From: a virus
Lineage: Duplodnaviria > Heunggongvirae > Uroviricota > Caudoviricetes
Length of the DNA stretch: 64,000 nucleotides
Virus record (IMG/VR): IMGVR_UViG_3300027744_000008
Direction: 5' to 3' (one strand)
Position numbers and translations under genes: made by a program. Of this stretch, positions 8,161 through 16,163 are shown piece by piece. Positions within the stretch are counted from its first letter, which is position 1; each line of letters begins with the position of its first letter. The notes under the pieces were generated by a model. It was not told where the DNA came from, ran no database searches, and saw only the letters and a program-made list of their open reading frames with translations.

Positions 8161-8980
8161 TGTCGATCCAATCTAAAAAATGAACTTTTTGTTTTTCTAA
8201 CATTTTCTTTGACACAGTTACCATAATGGACTCTGCCTGATGTTTATCTTGCTTCCATGCTGTTTCCCACATGCGTTCATTCATAGTCCATTGTTTGCTA
8301 CTACTACCTTGATCAACATATTTTTTAACTAGTACATCTGTCCCAGATTCTCTGGGAATTGATACAGTAACAAACATTGCACCTGGTTGCCATTCAATCA
8401 TAGTAAACGGATATACTGCAATCCATACTGCTGCATGTTGAGTACTAATTTCTTTTTTAGGAACTACAGATTGTATACTTCCCCAATCTTGATAATCCCA
8501 TATTACCTCTACATCGTCAGTAATACCAATTTCTTCGTAGACATCTTTATGTACGATAGGAATGTGATCCACATCTAAGAATACATTCATTATGTTTTTA
8601 TAGTGGGCGTTGACATAGTCAATACGAGTTTCTTTTAATGTGAACTGTCTAAGGTCAACCCCGATGTTAGTCAAGTCAACATCGACACTGAATACTAAGC
8701 CGTTTGAAATATACGTACTAGAATTAAACAAGGGCTTGTCATTTAGTATTTCAGTGCATCCACTACTACTTGGAGTTCCTTGCTGTGTCCAACTCCATCC
8801 GTGATATTGACATGAAATTTCTGTTGACGGTTTACTAAGGATTAAACTTCCTTGATGTGGACAAATATTATTATATAAACGAATCTCACCGTCAACATTG
8901 GACAAAAATTTCTTGTTATAACATTGGACTAGTGGTTGGGATACTCCCGAGTTGATATCTGAGGTATGGGCTAAAAACAT
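8141..8980 (-). CDS. Rieske non-heme iron oxygenase, alpha-subunit-like
   Basis: Rieske ligands CPHQG and CQYHGW; mononuclear iron site DVDHIPIVH...QDKHQAE. Start moved to MFLAH (8980). Confidence 0.88.
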   Translation of the reverse strand: MFLAHTSDINSGVSQPLVQCYNKKFLSNVDGEIRLYNNICPHQGSLILSKPSTEISCQYHGWSWTQQGTPSSSGCTEILNDKPLFNSSTYISNGLVFSVDVDLTNIGVDLRQFTLKETRIDYVNAHYKNIMNVFLDVDHIPIVHKDVYEEIGITDDVEVIWDYQDWGSIQSVVPKKEISTQHAAVWIAVYPFTMIEWQPGAMFVTVSIPRESGTDVLVKKYVDQGSSSKQWTMNERMWETAWKQDKHQAESIMVTVSKKMLEKQKVHFLDWIDNATHTQ

Positions 8981-9035
8981 AGAGTATTTAATATAGTTTA
9001 TTTCGATGCTAAAAGAAAGTGACTTAAATACATAC

Positions 9036-9401
9036 ATGATTCAAGGACACGGCATAGACATTGTGCAAATTACAAGATTCAACGAGATGGACTATCCTCG
9101 TTTGGAAAAATTAGCCAACCGAATTTTAACTGACACAGAACTTGCAATATTTACAGAACTTGTCTATAGTAAAAAAACACACTACGTTGCTAAAATTTGG
9201 GCAGCTAAAGAAGCTGTATCAAAGGCATTCGGAACTGGGATTCGCGGAGATGTTGTTTGGAAAAATATGCAAGTGCAAAATGACAAACTAGGATGTCCAA
9301 GAGTAGAATTTTTAAATGCTTTGATAGATCAAGGGCATTGTCACCTGAGTATAAGTCATCACGGCGATTCTTTAATAGCTTCTGCTATATTAGAGAAATA
9401 A
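9036..9401 (+). CDS. acpS: holo-ACP synthase (4'-phosphopantetheinyl transferase)
   Basis: GHGIDIV, WAAKEAVSKAFGTG, NDKLGCP and HLSISH. The ATG at 9036 is 5 nt after TAAATA. Confidence 0.93.
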   Translation: MIQGHGIDIVQITRFNEMDYPRLEKLANRILTDTELAIFTELVYSKKTHYVAKIWAAKEAVSKAFGTGIRGDVVWKNMQVQNDKLGCPRVEFLNALIDQGHCHLSISHHGDSLIASAILEK

Positions 9402-9944
9402 ATGACAGTTAAAGTTTGGACTCCTGGGAGTAACCCAGAACTCGATATTCTTTTTGACAAACTGAGAATTGCACAGTTTGAAAATCAAGAAGATCGTCTT
9501 TGGTACAACTATTCAGAGTCTGCATTTTTAGAGTGTGATGCTCTGTGCATCGCATTTGATGATCAAGGAAATCCACAGTTTTGTAGCAGTATTTTAAGCA
9601 GATCCTGTTGGCCTGATAATACCTATAGAGTGTTGAATAGATTGTGGAAAACTATACCCAAGATGCATTCTTTACATAAGGGTCCTGGTCTAAGTTTTTT
9701 AAACAGCATTGCTGCTCAGATTCAATGGTTAAAAGAAAATCGCGCCGCAGATCTTATTTTTGTTAGTAGAAAAAATAATAATTGGCAAAATATATTACTT
9801 GACAGTCTTGACCGCTACGGTATGCCCTTCAAAACTGACAAGTATAAATACCTTACATGCAGTGATATAAACGACGAAGATTGTTGGCAATATATTGCAT
9901 ACTGCGGTGATGAATCTAGATTACTACAATGGGAAAGAAGATGA
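9402..9944 (+). CDS. hypothetical protein (possible GNAT/acyltransferase-like fold)
   Basis: Translationally coupled between acpS and the desaturase. The fold guess comes only from the beta-strand pattern (ALCIAFDDQGNPQFCSSI...YRVLNRLW). Confidence 0.45.
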   Translation: MTVKVWTPGSNPELDILFDKLRIAQFENQEDRLWYNYSESAFLECDALCIAFDDQGNPQFCSSILSRSCWPDNTYRVLNRLWKTIPKMHSLHKGPGLSFLNSIAAQIQWLKENRAADLIFVSRKNNNWQNILLDSLDRYGMPFKTDKYKYLTCSDINDEDCWQYIAYCGDESRLLQWERR

Positions 9945-10732
9945 CAGAAATATTAAAAGGCATGGTTAGAATGTACAGCATTGTACCAATACAGTTGGTT
10001 GGACTGTACGCTGTCTATACTATTTTTGCAGGAACTACACCTAGTTGGTGGTGGATCACAGCATTAGTAGGATATGTGTGCATTATGATGTTAGGTGTCT
10101 GTGCTTGTTATCATAGGATGTTGAGCCACAAAAGCTTCGAAACAACACGCCCAATGAAAATTTTTATGCTATGGTGTTCTGCACTGTCGGGACAGGGCAG
10201 TCCTATATTCTGGGCAACTATACACAGAGGTTACCACCATCGCTACACAGATCAAAATCTTGACCCGCATAGTCCTATACACGGTTTCTGGCACAGTTAT
10301 ATCCTATGGATGTTTAAGATCAAAGACGGTGATCATAATACCAAATATGTTGTAGATCTACTTAGAGACAAGGATGTAATGTTTTTCCACAAATACTACA
10401 ATCATATATTTTTAATAAGCCATATTGCCGTTTTATTGATCAGTTTTGATTTATGGATGTATCTCATGATATTGCCAGCATTTATTACAATTCATAGTTT
10501 TTCTATTCAAAATAATCTTAACCATTCTAAAGTTTATGGATATAAAAACACTGACACCAAGAACAACGGTGTAAATGTTGCATGGCTGTTTCCGTTGATT
10601 CTAGGTGAAGCATGGCACAACAACCATCATGCAGATGCTAAAAATCCGCAGTTTGGTAGGCGGTGGTGGGAGTTAGATCCAACCTATTGGCTGATCAAAT
10701 TGATTAGAATCAAGAAGGATTCGATTCTTTAA
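9941..10732 (+). CDS. membrane fatty acid desaturase (delta-9/OLE1-like)
   Basis: His boxes YHRMLSH, HRGYHH and WHNNHH, with hydrophobic TM stretches. ATGA overlap with the upstream gene. Confidence 0.92.
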   Translation: MTEILKGMVRMYSIVPIQLVGLYAVYTIFAGTTPSWWWITALVGYVCIMMLGVCACYHRMLSHKSFETTRPMKIFMLWCSALSGQGSPIFWATIHRGYHHRYTDQNLDPHSPIHGFWHSYILWMFKIKDGDHNTKYVVDLLRDKDVMFFHKYYNHIFLISHIAVLLISFDLWMYLMILPAFITIHSFSIQNNLNHSKVYGYKNTDTKNNGVNVAWLFPLILGEAWHNNHHADAKNPQFGRRWWELDPTYWLIKLIRIKKDSIL

Positions 10733-10958
10733 GAAAGACAATACCGTCGTGTAGGTCTTTTAATGTCTTAGCATTAACAGTCATCGGATTATCCATGTCT
10801 ATCTCAATACCAAATTCATCTTCGCAGGCCACAATCAGTTCAGTGAGACTTAGACTGTCTAACCCAAGATCTTCTCTAAGATTAAAGTTTAAAGTTACAG
10901 CAGTTACTCCGCTATAATGTTCAGCGAGAGAAATAAGTTTTTGAGCAATATTATTCAT
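10710..10958 (-). CDS. acpP: acyl carrier protein (canonical size)
   Basis: LREDLGLDSLSLTELIVACEDEFGIEID. Confidence 0.88.
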   Translation of the reverse strand: MNNIAQKLISLAEHYSGVTAVTLNFNLREDLGLDSLSLTELIVACEDEFGIEIDMDNPMTVNAKTLKDLHDGIVFLKESNPS

Positions 10959-11013
10959 ATGTGTTTTGTTAAGTATAACTATATATAGTAAAATATAACT
11001 TTAGGAGTTAAAT

Positions 11014-11184
11014 ATGAAAAAAGAATATCTAGTAGAGGAAATTTTTGAAGATATACCCGGTGACGAAGACAATGTCATAATGAAAATACCGCCAGAAATT
11101 CTTGAACAAATGGGATGGAACGAAGGTACAGTTTTAGACATAACATTAGAGGAAGGTGCAATCAGCATTAAGAAGCATGGCTAA
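11014..11184 (+). CDS. AbrB/MazE-like small protein, 56 aa (not in ORF track)
   Basis: [63 protein letters not shown]. IPxEI...GW..G..L.I....G.I.I is the SpoVT/AbrB pattern. Confidence 0.7.
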   Translation: MKKEYLVEEIFEDIPGDEDNVIMKIPPEILEQMGWNEGTVLDITLEEGAISIKKHG

Positions 11185-11398
11185 GAATTCAGAATTAATA
11201 GAGTTAATAGGCACAGTCACAGAGGTATTACCAAATTCTACATTTAGAGTTAAAGTAGAAAATATGGAACACATGTTAGTCTGCTACATTAGCGGAAAAC
11301 TCAAAAAACATAAAATTAAAGTGATCTTAGGAGATAATGTGAGATTAGAAGTTAGTCCATATGATCTAAGTAAAGGCAGGATAACATTTAGGTTGTAA
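11177..11398 (+). CDS. infA: translation initiation factor IF-1
   Basis: [29 protein letters not shown]...[37 protein letters not shown]. Confidence 0.93.
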   Translation: MAKNSELIELIGTVTEVLPNSTFRVKVENMEHMLVCYISGKLKKHKIKVILGDNVRLEVSPYDLSKGRITFRL

Positions 11399-11399
11399 T

Positions 11400-12062
11400 A
11401 TGAATGCAATTCTTGAACGTACATATTCTGTTTGCAATAGCGTTCGAGAGAATAATGTTGATCCTATCAGCTTTAAAAAACTAATAGCACAAGTACGTAA
11501 ACAATTTTTAATACATAACTTTGACATTCTGGTAACAGTCAAGAAAGAAAAGATTCTTGCAGAATCAGAATTTTATGTTATGGCCTATTACGACAACGAT
11601 GCAGACCGTGACAATGAAGTATCAATTGAAATTGTAGTACATCATAATTTTCTAAAAAATGGACCGTTTGGAAGAACTCAAATGTCAGAGCTACTCACTG
11701 AGATTTTTGATGCAACCGTGCATGAACATCGACATCAACAACAGAGTAGACAGAGACAATGCAGATCTTACGGAGAACATCATAGCAGTCCTTATGCCAA
11801 GTATTTGTCAGATCCAGATGAATTAGATGCTTACGCACTTAGCATAGCAATCGAGTTGCTGAGGTCCGTAGGAGAACAAAAATCCAAAACATATTTGACT
11901 AGGATAACCGTTTTAAGCAGGCGTAGAAATGGTATTAGGTATGCTAGTCCAAATTTAAATGCCTATATAAAATGTTTTGGTTTTGACTTTTTGGTAAGGC
12001 GCTTGGCTAAAAAGATTTATAAACATTTAGAAACACTTGACAAGCGTTACATTTTCCTGTAA
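11400..12062 (+). CDS. hypothetical protein with zincin-like HExxH motif (paralog of 15389..16117)
   Basis: TVHEHRHQQQ...YLSDPDELDAYA. Confidence 0.6.
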   Translation: MNAILERTYSVCNSVRENNVDPISFKKLIAQVRKQFLIHNFDILVTVKKEKILAESEFYVMAYYDNDADRDNEVSIEIVVHHNFLKNGPFGRTQMSELLTEIFDATVHEHRHQQQSRQRQCRSYGEHHSSPYAKYLSDPDELDAYALSIAIELLRSVGEQKSKTYLTRITVLSRRRNGIRYASPNLNAYIKCFGFDFLVRRLAKKIYKHLETLDKRYIFL

Positions 12063-12065
12063 AAT
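12037..12065 (+). promoter_or_regulatory. sigma70-type promoter (leaderless) for the metallophosphoesterase operon
   Basis: TTGACA (12037-42), 17 nt, TAAAAT (12060-65). Predicted +1 is the ATG at 12072. Confidence 0.8.
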
Positions 12066-12071
12066 AACACT

Positions 12072-12986
12072 ATGAAAATTGCAATCTGTTCTGATCTCCA
12101 TTTGGAATTTGGAGACATTATACTTAAGAATGAAGAATCTGCGGATGTGCTAATCCTTGGCGGAGATATTTTGGTGGCTGCTGACTTTGGTAAGTCTGAT
12201 CGATATAATGTTCTAGAACCCGGTGCCAAAGATTCTCGTTACATGGACTTTATGTCACGTTGTAGTTTCCAATTTCCGCATGTTATTTTGATTGTAGGTA
12301 ATCACGAACACTATCATGGCGATTTTCAAAAGACAATTCCAATCCTAAGGGATAAGTTTAAAGACTTAGCAAACGTTCACATTCTTGATCAAAGTCAAGT
12401 AGTCATTGACAATATTACCTTTATCGGTGGTACGCTGTGGACTGACATGAACAAAGAAGATCCGTTGACCATGCTTCATATAAAAGGCATGATGAACGAC
12501 TTTCGAACTGTGTACAACGGTACAATGCAACGCAGAGTTCCTGTGTATAAAGTAGACGAAGATGGAAAATATGTAGTCAATGAAAAGACTGGATTCTACA
12601 TTGAAGACGGCTTCAAATTCAAAGATGAGCCTGCTAAGTTTACACCGGCAGATGCAGTCAAGTATCATAGAGATATGATTGAGTACCTTCGATTGATAAT
12701 CGAAGGTAAGTTTGATCAAAAGTTTGTAGTCGTCGGGCACCACACACCTAGTCGCCTAAGTACGCATGAGATGTACAAAAACGAAACACTAATGAATGGC
12801 GGTTACAGCAGTCAGCTAGATGAATTCATTTTAGATCATCCGCAGATCAAACTGTGGACACATGGACATACTCATCATGAATTTGACTACATGATTGGAA
12901 GTACACGAATAGTATGTAACCCTAGAGGTTACATTAACTACGAAGCGCAGGCAGATAATTTTAAATTAAAATACGTGGAGGTATAA
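12072..12986 (+). CDS. calcineurin-like metallophosphoesterase
   Basis: SDLH, GGD, GNHE, GHH and HGHTH motifs; C-terminal CNPRGY. Confidence 0.9.
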   Translation: MKIAICSDLHLEFGDIILKNEESADVLILGGDILVAADFGKSDRYNVLEPGAKDSRYMDFMSRCSFQFPHVILIVGNHEHYHGDFQKTIPILRDKFKDLANVHILDQSQVVIDNITFIGGTLWTDMNKEDPLTMLHIKGMMNDFRTVYNGTMQRRVPVYKVDEDGKYVVNEKTGFYIEDGFKFKDEPAKFTPADAVKYHRDMIEYLRLIIEGKFDQKFVVVGHHTPSRLSTHEMYKNETLMNGGYSSQLDEFILDHPQIKLWTHGHTHHEFDYMIGSTRIVCNPRGYINYEAQADNFKLKYVEV

Positions 12987-13135
12987 TGGAAGAAATAAAA
13001 AACACACCGATTGATATTGCATCAGCAACACAGATAACAGCTCAGAATCTCTATGAGTTGTTAATGGAGTTGGCAGCTCATATTAGAAAGTTAGAGGCAG
13101 AAAATGCAGAACTCCGAAACAAAATTAATGAGTGA
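12986..13135 (+). CDS. 49-aa coiled-coil hypothetical protein (not in ORF track)
   Basis: MEEIKNTPIDIASATQITAQNLYELLMELAAHIRKLEAENAELRNKINE*. It has a GGAGG SD, fills the gap and overlaps both neighbours. Confidence 0.7.
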   Translation: MEEIKNTPIDIASATQITAQNLYELLMELAAHIRKLEAENAELRNKINE

Positions 13136-13436
13136 AACAGATTTAAAACTGTTCAAGGAGTGGCTTAAGTTCCATCTTAACACAGGGCCGGTCACTGTTA
13201 CTTTTACTAAGAAGGATGGATCTGAACGTATAATGAAATGTACCACAGATTCAACCTACATCTTGTTTAAAGATCCAACAGTTTTAGAATCTAAAAATGA
13301 AAAAACTATCAGTGAAGACGTTATGCCAGTCTACGATCTTGAATCAAATGGTTGGCGTAGTTTTCGCTGGGACAGTGTTAAAAGAGTTGAACTTTCTATT
13401 GGAGAACCTAGTGAGCACAGTAACCAGACACAGTGA
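13128..13436 (+). CDS. WYL_2/DUF2693-like SH3-barrel phage protein
   Basis: VTVTFTKKDGSERIMKCT...VYDLESNGWRSFRWDSV. Confidence 0.7.
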   Translation: MSETDLKLFKEWLKFHLNTGPVTVTFTKKDGSERIMKCTTDSTYILFKDPTVLESKNEKTISEDVMPVYDLESNGWRSFRWDSVKRVELSIGEPSEHSNQTQ

Positions 13437-13650
13437 AACTTGCACAATAAAACAGGTGCCTGCCAACAGATCCACGCAGGCAGTGGTGCATGAGTTCATT
13501 GAAAATGATAGACTTACAGTTATCCTCAACCAATCAGTTAAGGTTGGCATGAAATGGAATGGTCGTGTCTACGAAGGTCGTGCCGCAGGCATGGACTTTG
13601 AAAGTGCTGGGCCTTCAATTACAAAAACACAAACAGGCCTAAGAGGTTGA
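13411..13650 (+). CDS. hypothetical protein
   Basis: GTG start at 13411 after a GGAGA SD; in frame with track ORF 13297..13650. Confidence 0.6.
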   Translation: MSTVTRHSETCTIKQVPANRSTQAVVHEFIENDRLTVILNQSVKVGMKWNGRVYEGRAAGMDFESAGPSITKTQTGLRG

Positions 13651-13651
13651 C

Positions 13652-14083
13652 ATGAAGGTCGGATTAAGTTATAGTCGATGTATTAAAGACATTGTTGACG
13701 GAGTTGTGGCCATCGAGGATGTCTTGATTGTCATTAGTCGAACAGATTTTGATCCACACGATGATGCACAGTGGACTGGTATCTGGGAAGGATATGGCGG
13801 TGGCCAGACTTTTGGAAGTCCGTTTGGTAATCCAGAATGGATTGACCATCCTGCCGAAGATGAAGACCGATTTCGTTCAGTTAGTATTGAGTTATGGGAA
13901 ACAGGTAAACTACATCAACCACGCAAGTTTGGTGCTCATCCAAGACGTCGACCTGAGATTTGGTTGGAAACAGTTCTACCAAATAGCGAGTTGGAAAACA
14001 ATCCAGCGGCTAAGATAGCCTGGGAAAAGTTTCAAACTATTGCAGGATTGACCAACGTAAAATTAGACAAGGAATACAAATAA
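13652..14083 (+). CDS. hypothetical protein
   Basis: GAGG SD, tightly packed in the operon. Confidence 0.75.
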   Translation: MKVGLSYSRCIKDIVDGVVAIEDVLIVISRTDFDPHDDAQWTGIWEGYGGGQTFGSPFGNPEWIDHPAEDEDRFRSVSIELWETGKLHQPRKFGAHPRRRPEIWLETVLPNSELENNPAAKIAWEKFQTIAGLTNVKLDKEYK

Positions 14084-14319
14084 TGTTTGATTGGTTTAGA
14101 ACACAAAGAGATTATGAGATGCCCATAATACCCGTAATGCCAAAAGTTGAACCGCCTAAAAAAGAACAAGAGCAATACAGCATTAGTATAACTGATGATA
14201 ATCGTATAACTTTAAGAATAGGTTATACCACACTTACTATGAATCAAGAAGGTGTTCTCAATTTAATTGAGCAACTTGAATTATTTGCAAAACAGACAAG
14301 GAAAGAAAAAAATGATTAG
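14083..14319 (+). CDS. hypothetical protein
   Basis: TAATG coupling with the upstream gene; AAGGA SD. Confidence 0.7.
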   Translation: MFDWFRTQRDYEMPIIPVMPKVEPPKKEQEQYSISITDDNRITLRIGYTTLTMNQEGVLNLIEQLELFAKQTRKEKND

Positions 14320-14737
14320 AGAATTTATTAATATTGTAGAAAAATCCATGCTAGTAGAAAATCCTGTACATCAGTTTGCCAGTCGAGCTCACGAAGAATG
14401 GCGACATAATTTTGACCCAACTGGCTCTAAACCGCGTATTAAGAAAAACAGCGATGGTACCGAAGGCGATATTAATGTACCGTTTAACAAGTTACATCCA
14501 GATTGGCAAAAAGAAAATCTAGCCGCTGGTCAAGCCGCGGAAAATGCTGTAAAGAAATTTCCGCACGATATTGAAAAAGCGGCAGAGTATATTCACATCG
14601 AGTGGATGAAACGTAATCCCAAGGCTGATTATAATGCGGCACAACATGTACTGTATGATGAGCTACCTGAAGATGAAAAAGAAAAAGATCGGGTACATGT
14701 GCGTACAATGATGAAACTATTAAGACCCAAGGAATAA
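14312..14737 (+). CDS. RyR (ryanodine receptor repeat)-domain protein
   Basis: Two repeats: AHEEW...[14 protein letters not shown] and IHIEW...[14 protein letters not shown]. Confidence 0.65.
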   Translation: MIREFINIVEKSMLVENPVHQFASRAHEEWRHNFDPTGSKPRIKKNSDGTEGDINVPFNKLHPDWQKENLAAGQAAENAVKKFPHDIEKAAEYIHIEWMKRNPKADYNAAQHVLYDELPEDEKEKDRVHVRTMMKLLRPKE

Positions 14738-14738
14738 C

Positions 14739-15329
14739 ATGCCTAATTTAGTACCAATGGTCATTGAGACCGAAGCCCGTGGCGAACGTGCATATGACAT
14801 TTACAGTCGATTGCTCAAAGATCGTATTGTTATGTTGGACACGGATGTCAACGAACATTCAGCAAGTTTAATTGTAGCTCAACTTTTATTTTTAGAAAGT
14901 CAAGGAAATGAAGATATTCACTTTTTCATTAATAGCCCTGGCGGTGTTGTTACCGCTGGTATGGCTATCTATGATACAATGCAGTTCATCAGACCCGACA
15001 TATCGACCATCGTTATGGGACAGGCTTGCAGTATGGGTTCTCTTCTTGCCACTGCTGGCGCTGCTGGCAAACGGAAAATTCTACCTAACGCACGTCATAT
15101 GATTCATCAGCCAAGTGGTGGTGCTGGCGGACAGGCTACAGACATGGAAATCCAAGTTAAAGAGATTCTAAAAATGAAACAAAGTCTAACCCAAATTTAT
15201 GTCAAGCATAATAGCAAGGGCAAAACTTTTGAAGAGTTTCACGCAGGTATGGAACGAGATAATTTTATGAGTGCTCAAGAAGCTGTAGATTTTGGTTTGG
15301 CGGACGAGATTATAACAAAACGCCCATAA
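14739..15329 (+). CDS. clpP: ATP-dependent Clp protease proteolytic subunit
   Basis: [27 protein letters not shown] (Ser), MIHQP (His) and ERDNFMSA (Asp). Confidence 0.95.
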   Translation: MPNLVPMVIETEARGERAYDIYSRLLKDRIVMLDTDVNEHSASLIVAQLLFLESQGNEDIHFFINSPGGVVTAGMAIYDTMQFIRPDISTIVMGQACSMGSLLATAGAAGKRKILPNARHMIHQPSGGAGGQATDMEIQVKEILKMKQSLTQIYVKHNSKGKTFEEFHAGMERDNFMSAQEAVDFGLADEIITKRP

Positions 15330-15360
15330 AGTACGCATATAACTGAAAGCCGTAGTACAC

Positions 15361-15368
15361 TATAAATA
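15361..15368 (+). promoter_or_regulatory. T4-like late promoter TATAAATA
   Basis: Exact TATAAATA 20 nt upstream of the ATG at 15389, followed by an AGGAG SD. Confidence 0.6.
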
Positions 15369-15388
15369 ACTATGTCTAGGAGTGTGCT

Positions 15389-16117
15389 ATGGCCCGTGAA
15401 GGCTTTAATTGGTCTGCGTTAGACCGTTCTGCGTTATACTCAATGCTTTACAAACTCAAATCTGAGATTGTAGGTCAACGATTAACCGTTGGTGAAATAA
15501 GCAAATTGTTAAGCCAACATATCAAACAGCATATTCCGATCAACGTAAAAAGAAGCAGGATTGCTCTAGTTGGCAAGGAAGAGATATGGATCGGTGGCGC
15601 ATACTATTCCGATCTAGATCGTCTAAAGAGAAAACGTTTTATTGAAGTAGAATTTGCTTATCCCACCAATACCCCCACTATACAAATAAGCAACTATCGC
15701 TGGCAACGTATGTGCCAGTTATTTGCAGATACTGTACTGCATGAAATTATTCATACAAGACAATATCGCGCTAGAAAATTTAAAGCAATACCTGGTTATG
15801 AAAGTACAGCCTACTACGCTAGAACACGTAAAGAACAAGAGTATTACGGACACCGTGACGAAATGGGTGCCCATTCTTTTAACCTAGCGCAGGATATGAT
15901 TGATAAATTTGGATTTGATACAAAGGCAATACGGGAATATTTAGACTCAAAAGTTCCAAAACGAGTGCGTCCAACCGGTTGGGGACGTTTTATGAAATCG
16001 TTTGAATATGATCATGATCATCCAAAGGTACGCCAAATGAAACGTAAAATTATGACCCAATTGGAAAATGCCTACTACGGCAAACCATTTAAGACATCAG
16101 ATCACTTGACACATTGA
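15389..16117 (+). CDS. hypothetical protein with zincin-like HExxH motif (paralog of 11400..12062)
   Basis: VLHEIIHTRQY...YYGHRDEMGAHS. Confidence 0.6.
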   Translation: MAREGFNWSALDRSALYSMLYKLKSEIVGQRLTVGEISKLLSQHIKQHIPINVKRSRIALVGKEEIWIGGAYYSDLDRLKRKRFIEVEFAYPTNTPTIQISNYRWQRMCQLFADTVLHEIIHTRQYRARKFKAIPGYESTAYYARTRKEQEYYGHRDEMGAHSFNLAQDMIDKFGFDTKAIREYLDSKVPKRVRPTGWGRFMKSFEYDHDHPKVRQMKRKIMTQLENAYYGKPFKTSDHLTH

Positions 16118-16134
16118 TAATTAGACTGTATAAT
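16106..16134 (+). promoter_or_regulatory. consensus sigma70 promoter for the ligase operon
   Basis: TTGACA (16106-11), 17 nt, TATAAT (16129-34): perfect consensus. Confidence 0.85.
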
Positions 16135-16163
16135 ACTAATATTAACCACTGTTAGGAATCAAC

